DNA from: Tubulanus polymorphus | Lineage: Eukaryota; Animalia; Nemertea | Direction: 5' to 3' | DNA: 64,000 nucleotides | NCBI RefSeq assembly: GCF_964204645.1 | Contig: NC_134030.1 | Span: forward strand, 22,404,210 to 22,468,209 | Shown here: piece by piece, positions 1 through 13,442 of the stretch | Position numbering within the stretch: the first letter of the stretch is position 1 | How the letters are laid out: every line of letters starts with the position of its first letter | Notes under the pieces: generated by a model | Told to the model about the DNA's origin: nothing | Databases searched by the model: none | What the model saw: only the letters and a program-made list of their open reading frames with translations | Program-made: the position numbers and the translations under genes

Positions 1-29
1 ACTTTTACCTTATATGAAGATGCTGAATT

Positions 30-2080
30 AGATACCTAATCAATTAGTTAATTGATAATGTCCTAGCTATAATTGAAATTGTCTCGGACAATATTTTATA
101 TGGGGCTTGAAATTTCTACACGAGAAGAATTTCAGATCCGGTACGAATTTGAATTAATCACTATTTGAACTGCTGATTTTGCATCAGAGCTTTTGATACC
201 TAGCTTAACTAACCCAGAATTCCCCAAAACATAACTGATTCAACAGATCCCACATACATGTGGCCCAGTTAGACGCAGACGTCTCATCCACTGTGCAATT
301 TTGAATAAGTTTCACTTATATTCATTATATTGAATTGATTTTAATTGAATTCTAGGTATCTAAGCGAACCATTAATTAGTAATCATACTAGCTATATTTT
401 AATTGTCAGTTGAACAATATTTATATGGAGCCTGAAAATCTACACGAGTAGAATTTCAGATGTGGTGAATTCGTCACTATTTGAATTCAGATAAAAAAGC
501 ACATTTTTAGTGGTAAATTAGAAATTCCCTTAGCCGAATGGCTATATAATCTTTATTTCCCTTATATAGTACACTGTGTATAAGGACCAAAAGACCTTGT
601 TATGACCGGACCTCCCTGGTGCGGTGCGAGTCATGATGCTAGAAAATAGTTTGAAGGAGAGGGGTTAGTAAAAGATAGCTATTAGCAAGAGGAATAAGAC
701 CTAAGTTTAGGATATCCTGTCAGAATAAGGCTCTCAATCTGACATACACAGCGAAATTGAAATATTCCCCCTTCCAAATCCAGGATTGTATTTGTGCACA
801 GATTTGTTTTATCTCCCTTCGATCGGAAGTAAATCTGCGTGAAATGATTTTGGCAATATGTATCAAAACTAATACAGCTCTATGAAGACACAATAGGTTC
901 ACTTAGATACAGATAATTAAATGTGCTCAGATACACATGTATCAGCTACATTTTAAATGTCCATGGAATTAGAAATAATTTCACATAACAATTGAATTAA
1001 CCTTAATCGATCTAAGTAATACGTTAATGAGTAAATCATCTTAGATTCTAATTGTCAGTTAAACTATATGTAATATGCATCACTTGACACACAGTATGGC
1101 TTTTAGATATTAATTGAATCAGTTAGGTTAGAGTAAATTTTGGCAATATTGAAAAGCATGGCTAGTTGTCGTAAGCGCGGCAGTTGGCGTTACAGAACTG
1201 ATCAGTCAATGAGACTGATTCATTTATAGATGTGCTCAAATATATTATATATTTCAGCTATATTTCAATAAATATTTATGATATAAAAAGTTTTTGATCT
1301 AACATCAAATATTGAATTCATCTTAATTGTGAATATCTAAGCCATTTTTCCTGGCTGTATTTATGCTAATTGTCAGTCAAACAACAATTATCATGCGTCG
1401 CCCAAAAACAAGACGCAGTGTTTCAGGAATGAATTAAATCAATTAAAGCTTTGGTTTATTCTGGATTTGTCAAAGTGTTGAGACCAAATCACTGTTTCAT
1501 AAAGACCCGTAGTCCATAGTTTTCCCCATATAACACCAGACCTCAATAGAGCCCTAGACACTATCTTATGAAATTCATTACTGTTATGTGTGAGGCAGCA
1601 CACAGTATATATTGTAAAGTAAGGCCTCAATCTTTATAAATTTATCAATATATTATTTGTAAAGAAAAATCTATTAACCGACGATAAAGTTTAATTGATA
1701 TATCTTTAAGTAAAGCCAACCTTAATGTATATGGGGCCTTGAAATATCTACACCAGAAGAATTTCTCATCAAACATTACAAGATATTGAATGATTGCTTA
1801 TATCTAAGCGATTGGTTAATTATTAATTGTTCTATCTATATCTTGATTGTCAGTTAAACAATAGTCATACGAGGCCTGAAATGTCTACGGTACATTCGAA
1901 AAATTTCAAATGTCACATAAGATATTGAAATTACCTTAATTGTACGTACTTACAAAATCTTTTAATCAATAACAGACCAATCTACATTTTAATTATCAGA
2001 CCAAAGAATATTTAAAGGACCTCACTCAATCATTTCGTCTAATATTGTAAATATTCAAGCAATCATTGCCCTAGCTATAT
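30..2080. repeat. Degenerate AT-rich repeat with multiple diverged copies
   Basis: Recurrent CTAGCTATATTT..AATTGTCAGTTAAACAAT...GCCTGAAA..TCTACAC.AGAAGAATTTCAGAT blocks. Confidence 0.6.
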
Positions 2081-5000
2081 TTAAATTTACCGGCCACAGA
2101 GCTTCAATAAAGTAGTGCGGAGATTGCTGGCTCCTCAACTTCTCATTTGGGCTTCTGCAGTTTTCATCAGCAAATGGGTCGATCAGTATTCATCTACTTG
2201 TGAGTGTCTTCTTCAGGCCAATTTTTCCGAGATGTAGTTCGGCTGAAACAAAGTGAAGAAAGCAAAACATTTCAGACAGATTTATCATGATTTACGTGTC
2301 ATTTCAAATTACAAGCCACCGTGTTTTTCACAAAGTAAAATTCATTGACGTCAATTGCTGATTTAAACCCCAATAATTAATTGCAGTAGTAGGACTAGTT
2401 CATCACTGTTTAAGACTGTTTAAGTGAAGATAAAAGTTCAGCCATGTGGACCGGTAAAGGCTGTGAAGGAGGACCCGTAGGTCGAAAAGTACATCGAGAT
2501 GAGTCGCAAAAAAAACGGCGACACTTCCAGGAAGGATTGAACTTTTATATATTTCAATTCCAAGTATGCAAATTCTCATATATGAAAACGTGCCATTACT
2601 TAGTGCTAAAAAGCAGGTTTTTTACGTGTTTTTCAAGAATAAGTCCCCTAAAAATAACTTGATCACTATGAAATTTTTGTGGGCTCGAGAACTCATTATA
2701 AGCCAAACCATGACACCAAAAATCGACACTATTGGTTCAACAGCCAATGTTTGTGCCTTGTTGACAACCGGTTCTCTATTTATTTTCAATGAAAACTGCT
2801 TCATCAGACCATTTGCATAGGCAAACCTACGGTTCGCCAAAAATCAACTTACATTTCAAGTTTGCTGGGTTCAATATCGGTTAAAAAGTTCGTATCAAAT
2901 ATCAAATTACCTTTTATGATGGCTGGGTTCATTATCGGAGGATCTCCTAAGTTGGTTGGTTGAGTTTCATCCAAATTGGCCCCGTCTGTGCACTGTTCTC
3001 TAATCGGCAGATCTTAGTTGATGAGCTCTCGTTTGACTTTTTGAGTTGGTGCTTTTACATCATTTTTTGGAATCGAAGTACAGATATAGTTGTGTGATCG
3101 TCGGTCGATTTTACATCATTTTTTTTCGGAATCGAAGTACTTCTTTGTCTTCATGGGTTTCGTCGAAGCTGAAATTGAGTAAATGAAAAAAATTTTGTAG
3201 TCACACATTTCTTCATCATTAATCCTAATTTACATGGGTATCAACTTAACTTTCAAGATTGTCGAGTTCAGTATTTTTTTCGGCATCTTCTGTAGTCGCC
3301 TTCTAGCATCTTCTTCTTCAACTTCTTGGGAGTCCTGAAATGAAAAAAAAAGAAAAGAGCGATGAAAACCTGGTACGGAACAAAACTAATGTTCGAAAGC
3401 TTTTCAGCTCTCCGTCGCCGGTCACATGCCGAGAACACCAGACAATGAGCCAGCCAGGAATATACTGCCCTCTACACGCCCTCACACAGAACGCGAAAAC
3501 CAGGATGACGACGCCTCACATTCCCCATCTAACTGCAGGATGTACTGGGCGACGTCAGTAACTGACACACCTGTAAAATTGCACGAAACACAAATAGCGC
3601 AGTACAACCAGCTTGACCGGGTTGAGATTCAGGATCTCAACTAGCACCCAAAAGCGTGACAAGAGACTTCATCCACTGACCGAGGTTGTCACAAGGACAC
3701 AATGAAACTAGCACTCACAAGCCGACGAGAGACTTCATCCACTGACCGAGGTTGTCACAAGGACACAATGAAAACTAGCACTCAAACTAGAAATCAAAGA
3801 GCGTGACAGTAGAATCATCCCTCAGCCGACTCAGAATACCAGAAACAAAGAGCGTGACAGTAGAATCATCCCTCATCCGGGCGGTCACAAGGACACAATG
3901 AATGCTAGTAGCGTGACAATCCAGTATAACCGCTCCACTTGTATCCCGCGCAATCCCACAGATATGCCCGTCATTGACATCACTCAGCACACTTTGTAGA
4001 TAGGTGGGGGCAGTGAGGCGTCATCCTGGTTTTCGTGTTCCGTATGAGGGCGCGTAGAGGGCAGAATTTCCTGACCGACTCTTTGTCTGACATCCTCGAC
4101 ACGTGACCGGCGAAGGAGAGCTGACGCTTTCGGACATTAGTTTTGTTCCAGCAAACGTTGAAATTCGACAGAGAAATCGGCCCTGAAAAATAAAACGGAT
4201 TAGACCCTGAAAAAACGAACGGATTAATAAACACGGAACAGTACAGGACAGCACGGAGACGAACAGTAACGCATAAAACATAAAGACGTCGTTCCTCAGG
4301 AAGCAGGAACAGGAGCAGGAACAGGAGCGGGAGCGCAGCGAAAATCGCCAGGAGGAGAATCCACGGTAGCATGTTCACAGTGTGAGTGTGCAGAGGTGAA
4401 TGGTCTATGCTCGTGTACACCGTGGTCAGCCGGTGACGTATTCAATAGTGCGTGTCAGAATGATATCAACAACTCTGAAAAGCCGCAATTGTGTCTCTAT
4501 TGTTGAATTGAATGGATTTACATTGAGAGCTTATAGAAGTTGAATGAAAAGGTTCTACTGCCGGGTTGGATACACGCCAGTAGTCAGCTGAACAATATCG
4601 TGGAACTTTAATAAGGCCATAAAAATAAATTTCTTTGATTCCCAACAGCTCCCCTCCTAATTTTGCTAACCATGGATATAGTTAAAAACAATAATTTTGA
4701 AGCGAGACCTCACACGGCAGCTCGCGCCATTTCGCAGAGCTTCCTCGGGACCTGGTGGTGACAGGTCTGCATTATTAAACCGATGAAATGAAGGAAAACT
4801 TTATTTTTTTGGTCTCATTATAGTAATGAGTATTATAATATCAACTGCTTACCATGATAGATTAAATCTTAAGTTACTATATAAAACAATAATTTTGAAG
4901 CGAGACCTTACAAGGCAGCTCGCGCCATTCTGCAGAATTTCTCGCGACCTGTGGACCGTGGTGACAGGTCTGCATTAAAACTGATATAAATAGAAAAAAC

Positions 5001-5646
5001 TTCTTGCTTTAAATTGATGAGTTGATTTAAAATCAGTCTCCATAAAATCAGTCTCTATATTGCATTCGGCTCTTTTATACATGTTCATCATAAAAAGTCA
5101 AAAAAAAAATGAATATAAATAGTGACACTTCAGGACAGTGAGGGAGGAGTGATACCGGCGAACTGTGGTGATAGTGAGCAGATATTTTTCAGTGTCTTAT
5201 TGCGGAAAGGAAATATCAAGACCTCGATTCAGCTATCAAAAATATCCTCTAACTTCTACATTAATTAATTCATCTATACCTGAAACTTATTTTTTCCCTT
5301 TACAGAAATAGCCATTTTACACATAAATATTTTTTGAATTATTAGTCAGAACATTTTCCTTATCATTATTGTTGAATCATTTTCGATATTTACGACGGAT
5401 CAGAATATTCATTCAACTCAAAATGTTCTTCCATTCGTCTAGCACATATGCCTAGATATTTCGCCGTTTCGTCAAATATTGTTGTGAGTTTGGGTTTTTT
5501 CGGGACCTGACATGACAGGTAAGACCTGTCATGTCAGGTCTCTCTGACAGGTTTCGATTTCCGGCACTGTTGATCGAAAACGAAAACAGAAAACTTTCCC
5601 CTAAAACAAAGAAATCGGTGATAGGATTATCAGGAAGAGTTTGGAA

Positions 5647-8600
5647 ATGTCGCGAAACAACAACAGCGGAACCCCGCAATATGTGAGGAATACCCGCAGT
5701 GCTTACAGGAACGCCTACACTGGGGCAGATGCATCTCCATCAGCAGCTGCGGTACCCGCTCCGGCTGCTGCACCTTTAAAATCCATACTGAAATCGAAAC
5801 CAGCTACTACTGCACCTGCTCAGAAATTAGAATCCACATTCGTGAAATCAGGTACAGGTAACGCACCAGTTCAAAAATCAGGTACTGGTGCTGGTAGCGC
5901 ACCAGTTCAGAAATCAGCACCTGCTACAGTTCAGAAATCAGGTACTGGTGCTGGAAGCGCACCAGTTCAGAAATCAGCACCTGCTACAGTTCAGAAATCA
6001 GGTACTGGTGCTGGAAGCGCACCAGTTCAGCAACCAGCACCAGCAGCGGTGGACCAGAAGCCGACTCCGCCTGTTCAGAATAAGAGTACAGCACCAGCTG
6101 CAGCTGCTCAGAAGTCGCTAGTAGCTGCAGCGCTCGCGAGAAATATTCACGCGTCGATTAAAAATGAGCAGCCACCGCCGCCGGGGACGACGGAGAACAT
6201 GGAACAAGAAACGATTCAACAACAAGTATCGGACGCACTGAGCAAACTGAAACAAGAATCAAAACAAGAAACAGCTGAAAACGGTGAGAATTAGTCATAC
6301 ACCAGGTGTCGCTAGTAGTGACTTCTATTTCACGAGATTAAAAATCTTTCAAATTCTAAAAAGGATTAAAACTAACTATAGTATTAATCCGCCACCTGGT
6401 GGTGAGCACCGGTACTAATTTGAAACGGATGATGACACAATTTTTACCATCGTTTCAGGAATGATTTCGATTCGGATCAATTTTGTTGTTTATGTTTTTC
6501 AGGACAAAACGGCGAAACCCTGAAGAGAAAGGGCGCGCTTCTCGATTCCGACGTTCCTAAGAAACGAAAAAAACGGCGCAAGGGCAACAAAACTCCTTCA
6601 CTGATACCGAAAAACGCGTTGATGCAGTTAAACGAAATCAAACCGGGTTTAGAATTTATCGTCATCGGTCAGACCGGACCGGTACATCAGCCGGTGTTTA
6701 CGATGAAGGTCGACGTGAACGGCGTCCGATACGAAGGATCGGGTAACTCGAAACAGAAAGCGAAACTGGCGTGCGCCGAGCGGGCGTTACAGTCGTTTAT
6801 TCAGTACCCGAACGCCTTCGAGGCGCACCAGGCGCTCGGACGCCACTGTCAAAACGGCGACTTCACCGCCGACGCCATGGAACTCGGCGCCGAGGTACTG
6901 TTCAATAATTTCGACCCGAATAACCCGAACGCCGAGATGGTGGCGGCGGCGTCCGTACCGATGGACGTCGGCGTCGCGCAGATGCGGAGTCCCGTCGTTC
7001 CGACGCCGCAGCAGCAGTTGCAGTGGAAGAACCCGGTGATGATTCTGAACGAGAAGCGTCCCGGTTTGAAGTACGAGTTCGTCGGCGAAAGCGGACAGAG
7101 TCACAGTAAAATGTTCGAGATGTCGGTAACCGTCGACGAGCGGACGTTTACCGGCGCGGCCCGTAATAAAAAACAGGCGAAATCACGCGCGGCTCAAGCG
7201 GCGCTCGTCGCTATATTCAACATGGAATTCCCGGCTATACCCAGTAAGTAGATTCACGCAGGCTTTAAGATTTCAGATCTTAAGAGTTTTGTGTCTTATC
7301 AGGACAATAATGACAACTTCATTCAGCTTTGAGAAATTGTCCTGATTGGACATAAAACGTCAGCTGAGGTAAATTTCAAGGTTGTGATTTAATAACCTTA
7401 ACTCTTTGGATTTACAAATTGAATGAACTTATTCAAAGATTTTAGATCTTGTTTCGTTAAAGCGAGTCTACTGTCTAGTGTCGCAACTTTGTCGAGACAC
7501 GTTGCTCGTTTTGGTTTTACTTTAAGGTAGGCCTAATGGTTATCATGAAGTCCAAAGTGTTTCCTTTGAGCTGATACAGCGCAATAAAAAAATCATTACA
7601 AATCATTTTTGTGTATATTAATGTACAAATGGAATGCAAATCAAGATTTGACTGTACATGTATAATTACCACTTGATGTAGACATTTTGACTATATTCTG
7701 ATGTATATATATATTATTCTATTAGAAGGAAGTTGAAACGTTGAATTTGAACTAATAGCTCAAGGAAAGTTTTTGGATTGAATAGATATTCAACATTACC
7801 AACTCTGTCCTGGTTTAAGAACCTTTTAAAACTGCTGTTAAAGCGTTGATATTTATTTTGTTCTTTATGCAGGTATGCAGCCGACAGCTGGAGACGGCAC
7901 GTCTCAAATATCGACCGAACTCGCCGATACGATCGCCAGATTAGTACTCGATAAACTGAACGAACTGACAGACGGACAAACGTCACCCAACGCTCGCAGA
8001 AAAGTATTAGCAGGACTCGTGCTGATGCAAGGTAAAAATCTACCAGATCAAATCAGCCATTTTAGACGATACAATGATGTCATAGGGGGATTTATGAAGG
8101 CAGACATCTTTTCTAGAAGTGTCTATAGATCAAATCACTAGTAGACAATTTGATGATTTCATAGGGGGATTTATGGAGGCAGACATCTTTTCTGAAATAA
8201 TAGATTGGTTTGATTAATGATGTCAAAGGGGGATTTAAGGATGCAGACATCTTTTCTGGTAATGCAGCTCAAATGACTACTATAGTAGAATATTTTATTA
8301 TGTCATTGGGAGATTACATGGAAGTAGTTCAATGATGTCATAGGGGGATTCGTTAATAAATCTACTAGACTTTAAACGATGTTGTAAGGGGATTTATGGA
8401 GGCAGGCATCTTTAGAGAAGTGAGTTAAGGAGCTATTTGATGATGTCATTGGTGGATTGATGTCAGCTGACGTCTGTAAATCAATATTTGATGTCATAAG
8501 GTGATCAATTTGATCATGGGGGATTCTTAGACAAATTTTCTTCATTTCTAACTGGATGATGTCATAAGGTGATAGATGGTGTATTTATTGTTGTAGATGA

Positions 8601-11578
8601 AGATGTATCGACGGCGCGTGTCGTGTGTTTGGCGACCGGTACCAAGTGTATCAACGGTGAATGTATCAGCGAACAGGGCCTCGCGTTGAACGACTGCCAC
8701 GCGGAGATCGTCACGCGTCGATCCTTACTGCGATTCCTCTACCAGCAATTAGCCGCGTGCGTCTCGTCCGACGAATCGGTGCTCGAAATGAATCCCGATT
8801 CCGGTTTGTACCGGTTTAAACCGGGTTACGCGTTGCACCTGTACATCAGCACGTCGCCGTGCGGAGACGCGCGAATATTCTCGCCGCACGAGATGAATAA
8901 AATCGCGACCGCCGAACAGCAGACGCCGACGCCGCCGACCGGTAACGGTAACAGCGCGGACAAACACCCGAATCGTAAAGCGCGCGGCGTCCTGCGCACG
9001 AAGATCGAATCGGGAGAAGGTACGATTCCCGTACGAGCAGACGTCGTTCAGACGTGGGACGGAGTGATGCAAGGCGAACGTCTGCTCACGATGTCGTGCA
9101 GCGATAAAATCTGTAAATGGAACATCGTCGGTTTACAAGGTACGATTCATCAGGAAGAGCTTTTATTTTAAAGATGTTTTTACTTTATGTTATGATTAGT
9201 GAAAAGTGAATCTACAGTCGTCCGGACTCAGCAAAATAGTCTCTGGGAACATTTTGAAATTTGTCAGATATAATCATGGTTTCTCATTGTTACTCTGGAC
9301 CCAGTTCCACAGTTCTGTGTTAATTTTGACTCTAGAGTTAACTCATTGAAAATCAACTAACTTTAACTCAGAGTTAACTCTAACTCACAACTGTTGAACC
9401 GGGCTCTGATGGTTGTTAATCAGATTTAGGAGGCTCCCCTAGGGTAACCGGGCCCAGGTGTTAAAAACTGTCTAGATTTAGATCAGATATTGCCCATCGA
9501 GTTCAATGAGTTCCACAAAGATGGGGAGGCAATAGATTGGAAGTAGACTTGAAGTTTTAGTTGATAAAATCTTAATGACAATCTGCAGCCTGGCAGCTTC
9601 AGACAATTGTCAGCCTGTATGTAACCTGCAGCCCTTCAGACAATTGTCAGCCTGTAATCTGCAGCCCTTAAGACAATCTGCAGCCTGTAACCTGCACCCC
9701 TTAACCCTTTCGCTACGTGTGACGTTTTGGAAACGTCATATGAGTGACACGTGCTGTGCGTATGACGTTGTAGAAACGTCATGCACCTATTGATTTATAA
9801 CTCGAACGCGTACACAGCAAACAGTATGGAAACGCATGTAAGACAAGATAGTTAGCTTTCTAAACAACAGATGGCAAAAATGCGTCAGTAGTTGGTGCTG
9901 TCAGCCTGTTGAGCACATGGTAATTTGCGCGGGATTGAGATGGCTCCCCACTTACGTACCTCTACCAGCGGAAAAGGATATCCCATATCAATTGAATTTC
10001 TTTCATCCACACCGTAGCATCAATCACCAAAGACTGAGATAGGCACTTGGGTGAAAAACTGAAGAAAAAAAAATTTCTAACCCATCCTGACCCCCCCCCC
10101 CCAACACGCCCCCCCCCCCCTACAGAAAAGGCTGTTGGTATGATTTTTTACTGATTTTCACTAAATAACATCATAATCTTCGATAAAAACGCGAAAAATC
10201 GGGGTTAAAAACAATTTGAAAAAAATCGAATTTTTCGGAAAATACCTTACGTAGGGGGCGGTGCAAGCGTGTACGCAGCGAAAGGGTTAAGACAATCTGC
10301 AGCCATTCACCTCATCAGTTTTTGAAGTGTTCTGATAAAATGTCTGTTGTTTGTTAGTTTGTGTTTAGTGTGTGCGAGGTTGGAGTTTAGAATCTAAAAC
10401 ACTGAACTGTTAGTTGTATGTTTTTTTCAGGAGCTCTATTGAGTCATTTTCTCGAGCCTGTTTACCTGTCCAGTATCGTTCTCGGCTCGTTGTATCACTG
10501 CGATCATTTATCGCGGGCGATTTACGGTCGATTGAGCGACTTCAACGAAATACCGCAACCGTATCGGAAAAACCAACCGCGACTCAGCAGCGTCAGGTAC
10601 ATTTACAATCAGAAAAATTTAGAAAATATTCGGTCGGAATTTGACAAATTTTACTAAAAACTTGTAAAACTCAGTTAATTCTGATAATGCTATTGACCGT
10701 GTGTTTATTTTTGTCAATACTTGATTCGGTGAAAAATGAATGAATTGTTGAATTTTATCCGTAGAAGTTTCTCTGATTCACTCACAGGGATTTAAACATG
10801 GCATTGAGGCAAAAATCAGGGAATTCTGATAATGCTATTGACCACGTTTCTTTTTCAATACGTGATTCAATGAAAAATGAATGAATCGTAAGATTTTAAA
10901 CTAGAAATTTCTCGGGTTTTGACGTGGCAGAAAATGAGGGAAAACTCAGGGGATTAGTTTCTCTGATTCAATCACTGGGATTTAAACATGGCATTGAGGC
11001 AAAAATCAGGGAATTCTGATAATGCTATTAATAATACTTAATTGATAATGCTTATTGGTTAATGACCACATCTCTTTTTCTGATTCAATGAAAAATGTAT
11101 GAATTGTTGAATTTTATCCGTAGAAATTTTTCTGGTTCACTCAAGGGATTTTGACTCAGGGGGGGATTTGTAAATGAGTGGAAAGTGCTGCCGTCCTGCC
11201 TTGATAATTATGAAATGAATTATGTTTTCTCGTTTCAGTCACCCGGAACCGAGATTTCCGGGTAAGGCGCCGAACTTCAGCATAAACTGGTGCGCGGGTG
11301 ACGCGGATCTCGAAGTCATCAGCACGACGTCCGGCAAAGATCAAAACAACATGCCGTCGCGTTGCTGCAAACAAGTCCTGTTCAGCTCCTTCGTTTATCT
11401 TTACCCGAAAATCTGCGGCGGCCGCGCGGACTGTCCGCGTATCTATAGCGACGCGAAGCAAGCGGTCGATGGGTATCAGTCAACGAAATGCGACCTGTTC
11501 GACTCGTTGAGGAAATCGGATTTGGGCAGCTGGGTGAAAAAACCAGTTGAACAAGACCAGTTCGGACTGATTAGCTAA
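5647..11578 (+). CDS. ADARB1: Double-stranded RNA-specific adenosine deaminase, ADAR2/ADAR3 pro-ortholog; exons 5647-6283, 6503-7243, 7873-8031, 8597-9139, 10431-10596, 11239-11578
   Basis: Phase-compatible GT-AG junctions. Basic [11 protein letters not shown], two dsRBDs ([15 protein letters not shown]; [14 protein letters not shown]), deaminase motifs [36 protein letters not shown] and C-terminal [11 protein letters not shown]. Exon 1 is low complexity and the least certain. Confidence 0.95.
9297..9405. mobile_element. ~110-bp MITE family A (other copies near 15555-15662 and 28042-28151; partial near 22138-22235 and 20380-20493)
   Basis: TIR CCAGTTCCACAGTT ... AACTGTGGAACYGG with a shared internal sequence at several loci in both orientations. 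Confidence 0.75.
9705..10286. mobile_element. Non-autonomous piggyBac-type element (582 bp) in ADAR intron 4
   Basis: TTAA|CCCTTTCGCTACGT ... ACGCAGCGAAAGGG|TTAA, i.e. TIRs with a TTAA duplication. It interrupts a local repeat whose neighbouring unit shows the empty CCCTTAAGACAATC site. Confidence 0.85.
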
Positions 11579-13390
11579 CCGGTTTTAACCAGTTGAATTA
11601 GGTTGATTTGAACGAGCGACCAGACCGGACTACTACCAGACTACTTCTATTTGAGAGTAGTTTCTAATCTTCATGGTTCCGACAGATTCGCGAAATCAAG
11701 GGCGGGAGTTGGCGATTTCGGATTAATTTTTTCCCAATTTTGAAATACTTGAAATTTCTTGAAAAATTCATTCAATTTAGATTTTCCCAATAGCATTTGC
11801 CGAGTGCAGCAATTCTTTCTTCTGTCATATTTCTTGAAAATCGCATTTATCAACCAATCACAACCGAACACCCCTGTAGTACGGTGGTATCTGTTCGTTT
11901 ATATTTGGGAAAATTGAAAAATCGCCCGTGAAATACACGAGAATTTCGAATTCTTGTTACTGTGGGAACCATGCCATTGTCTTTTTAAGAGCTCAACTAC
12001 TCTTCAAAAAACGATATCAAAATAATATCAAAATCTAATTGATTTCTAGTGACTTTTTAATCATTTCATTTAAACCGCTAGATATAAATTTACGATTAGA
12101 GATAGATGTATATATCGGGTATAGTCTGGTCTGGAGGGAGAAAATCTTACGTCTTGTTAGCTGGCTGTAACCGGATAGCAACCAGTTCCGACGACTGACC
12201 TTCGTTCAAACTGTCAAACCGACAATTTTTCTCTCGCGATTAATAAATATTTTTTTCTTATATCAATTTTTAAATCGTCAAAAAAACAAAAATGATGTTT
12301 TACTCCGAGTAAGGAGTCTATGATATTTTTTTTTTTTTTTTTTTTTTAACCAATGTTTTTTTAATATATCCCCTACCTGCCCTATCCTCCTCACTCCCTC
12401 CTTTTCCAATTTTATTATTGCATGTATTTTTAGTTTTTCAAATTTAGAAATTCATGGATTTCTCGAGAAAAAAATTTCGAAAATATAAACTCCCAAGACC
12501 AATTTTTGGAAAAAAATTAAGACAAAAAATTTTTTTAATTCCTGGCAAATGAATTTTTTCATTGTTTAACAATAAGTCATACGCATTAGAAAACGTCTCT
12601 TTTCATTCTAAAGTATTTTTTTTGTTGTAAATAAATTACGTAAATCAAAAATATCTTATTAATCATCATTGTTGTCGGTCTTAGTGTTGTACGCGATCGG
12701 TGACTTTGAGTACAAATGTCATTCGTCAAATGTGTCAAAATATGATCTCGTGAAATTAACAAACTAATGAAAAATGCTTTTTGTGACACGTGTGTGTGTG
12801 TGAAATATATTTCATTTTTGTAAGTTATTATCAATGTCGTCAGTTAAATGATGTCTGCCTCAATAAATCCCCCTATGACATCAAAATAAAAAATTACTGG
12901 GGTTTTAATTCATAGACCCTAAATTAAAGATGGCTGCCTCAATATAAATCCCCCTATGATATCATCAAATCGCGCGGTGTTTTAATTCATTATAGATGTT
13001 ACTGAAAAGATGATTGCCTCTATAAACACTAAGACGCCTATTTGGAATTTGGTGACTGCCTCCATTAAATCCCTCTATGACATCATCAAACTTTATCACA
13101 GTAGTTACAATAGTGATTTCAAATACGTGTAATGAAAAATGAAGGATTGTCCTTACAGCAGCAGCAGCAGCAGCTGTAAGGGGTCAGTTCTAGATACCGT
13201 GAATGTTTTAGATGAAAAATACATATTGTATTTTAAGAAAATGAATATATCCCAAACATCTATATTTTTTGTCTTTGTTCATTTATTTACTAAGTTCAGT
13301 AAAACCGCTGATTTTAGGAGGATGAATGAGACCAAAAATTGGAGATTGGAAAAGATGAACAATTGAAGAATAATAATAGATTTGACAGTT

Positions 13391-13441
<51 letters not shown>
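13391..13441. repeat. (CAG)17 microsatellite, non-coding
   Basis: Direct reading. Confidence 0.95.

Positions 13442-13442
<1 letters not shown>

Noticed and set aside
3980-4420. 146-aa hydrophobic ORF as a membrane protein
   Set aside because: No recognisable domain; partly built from short repeats and one arm of an inverted repeat.
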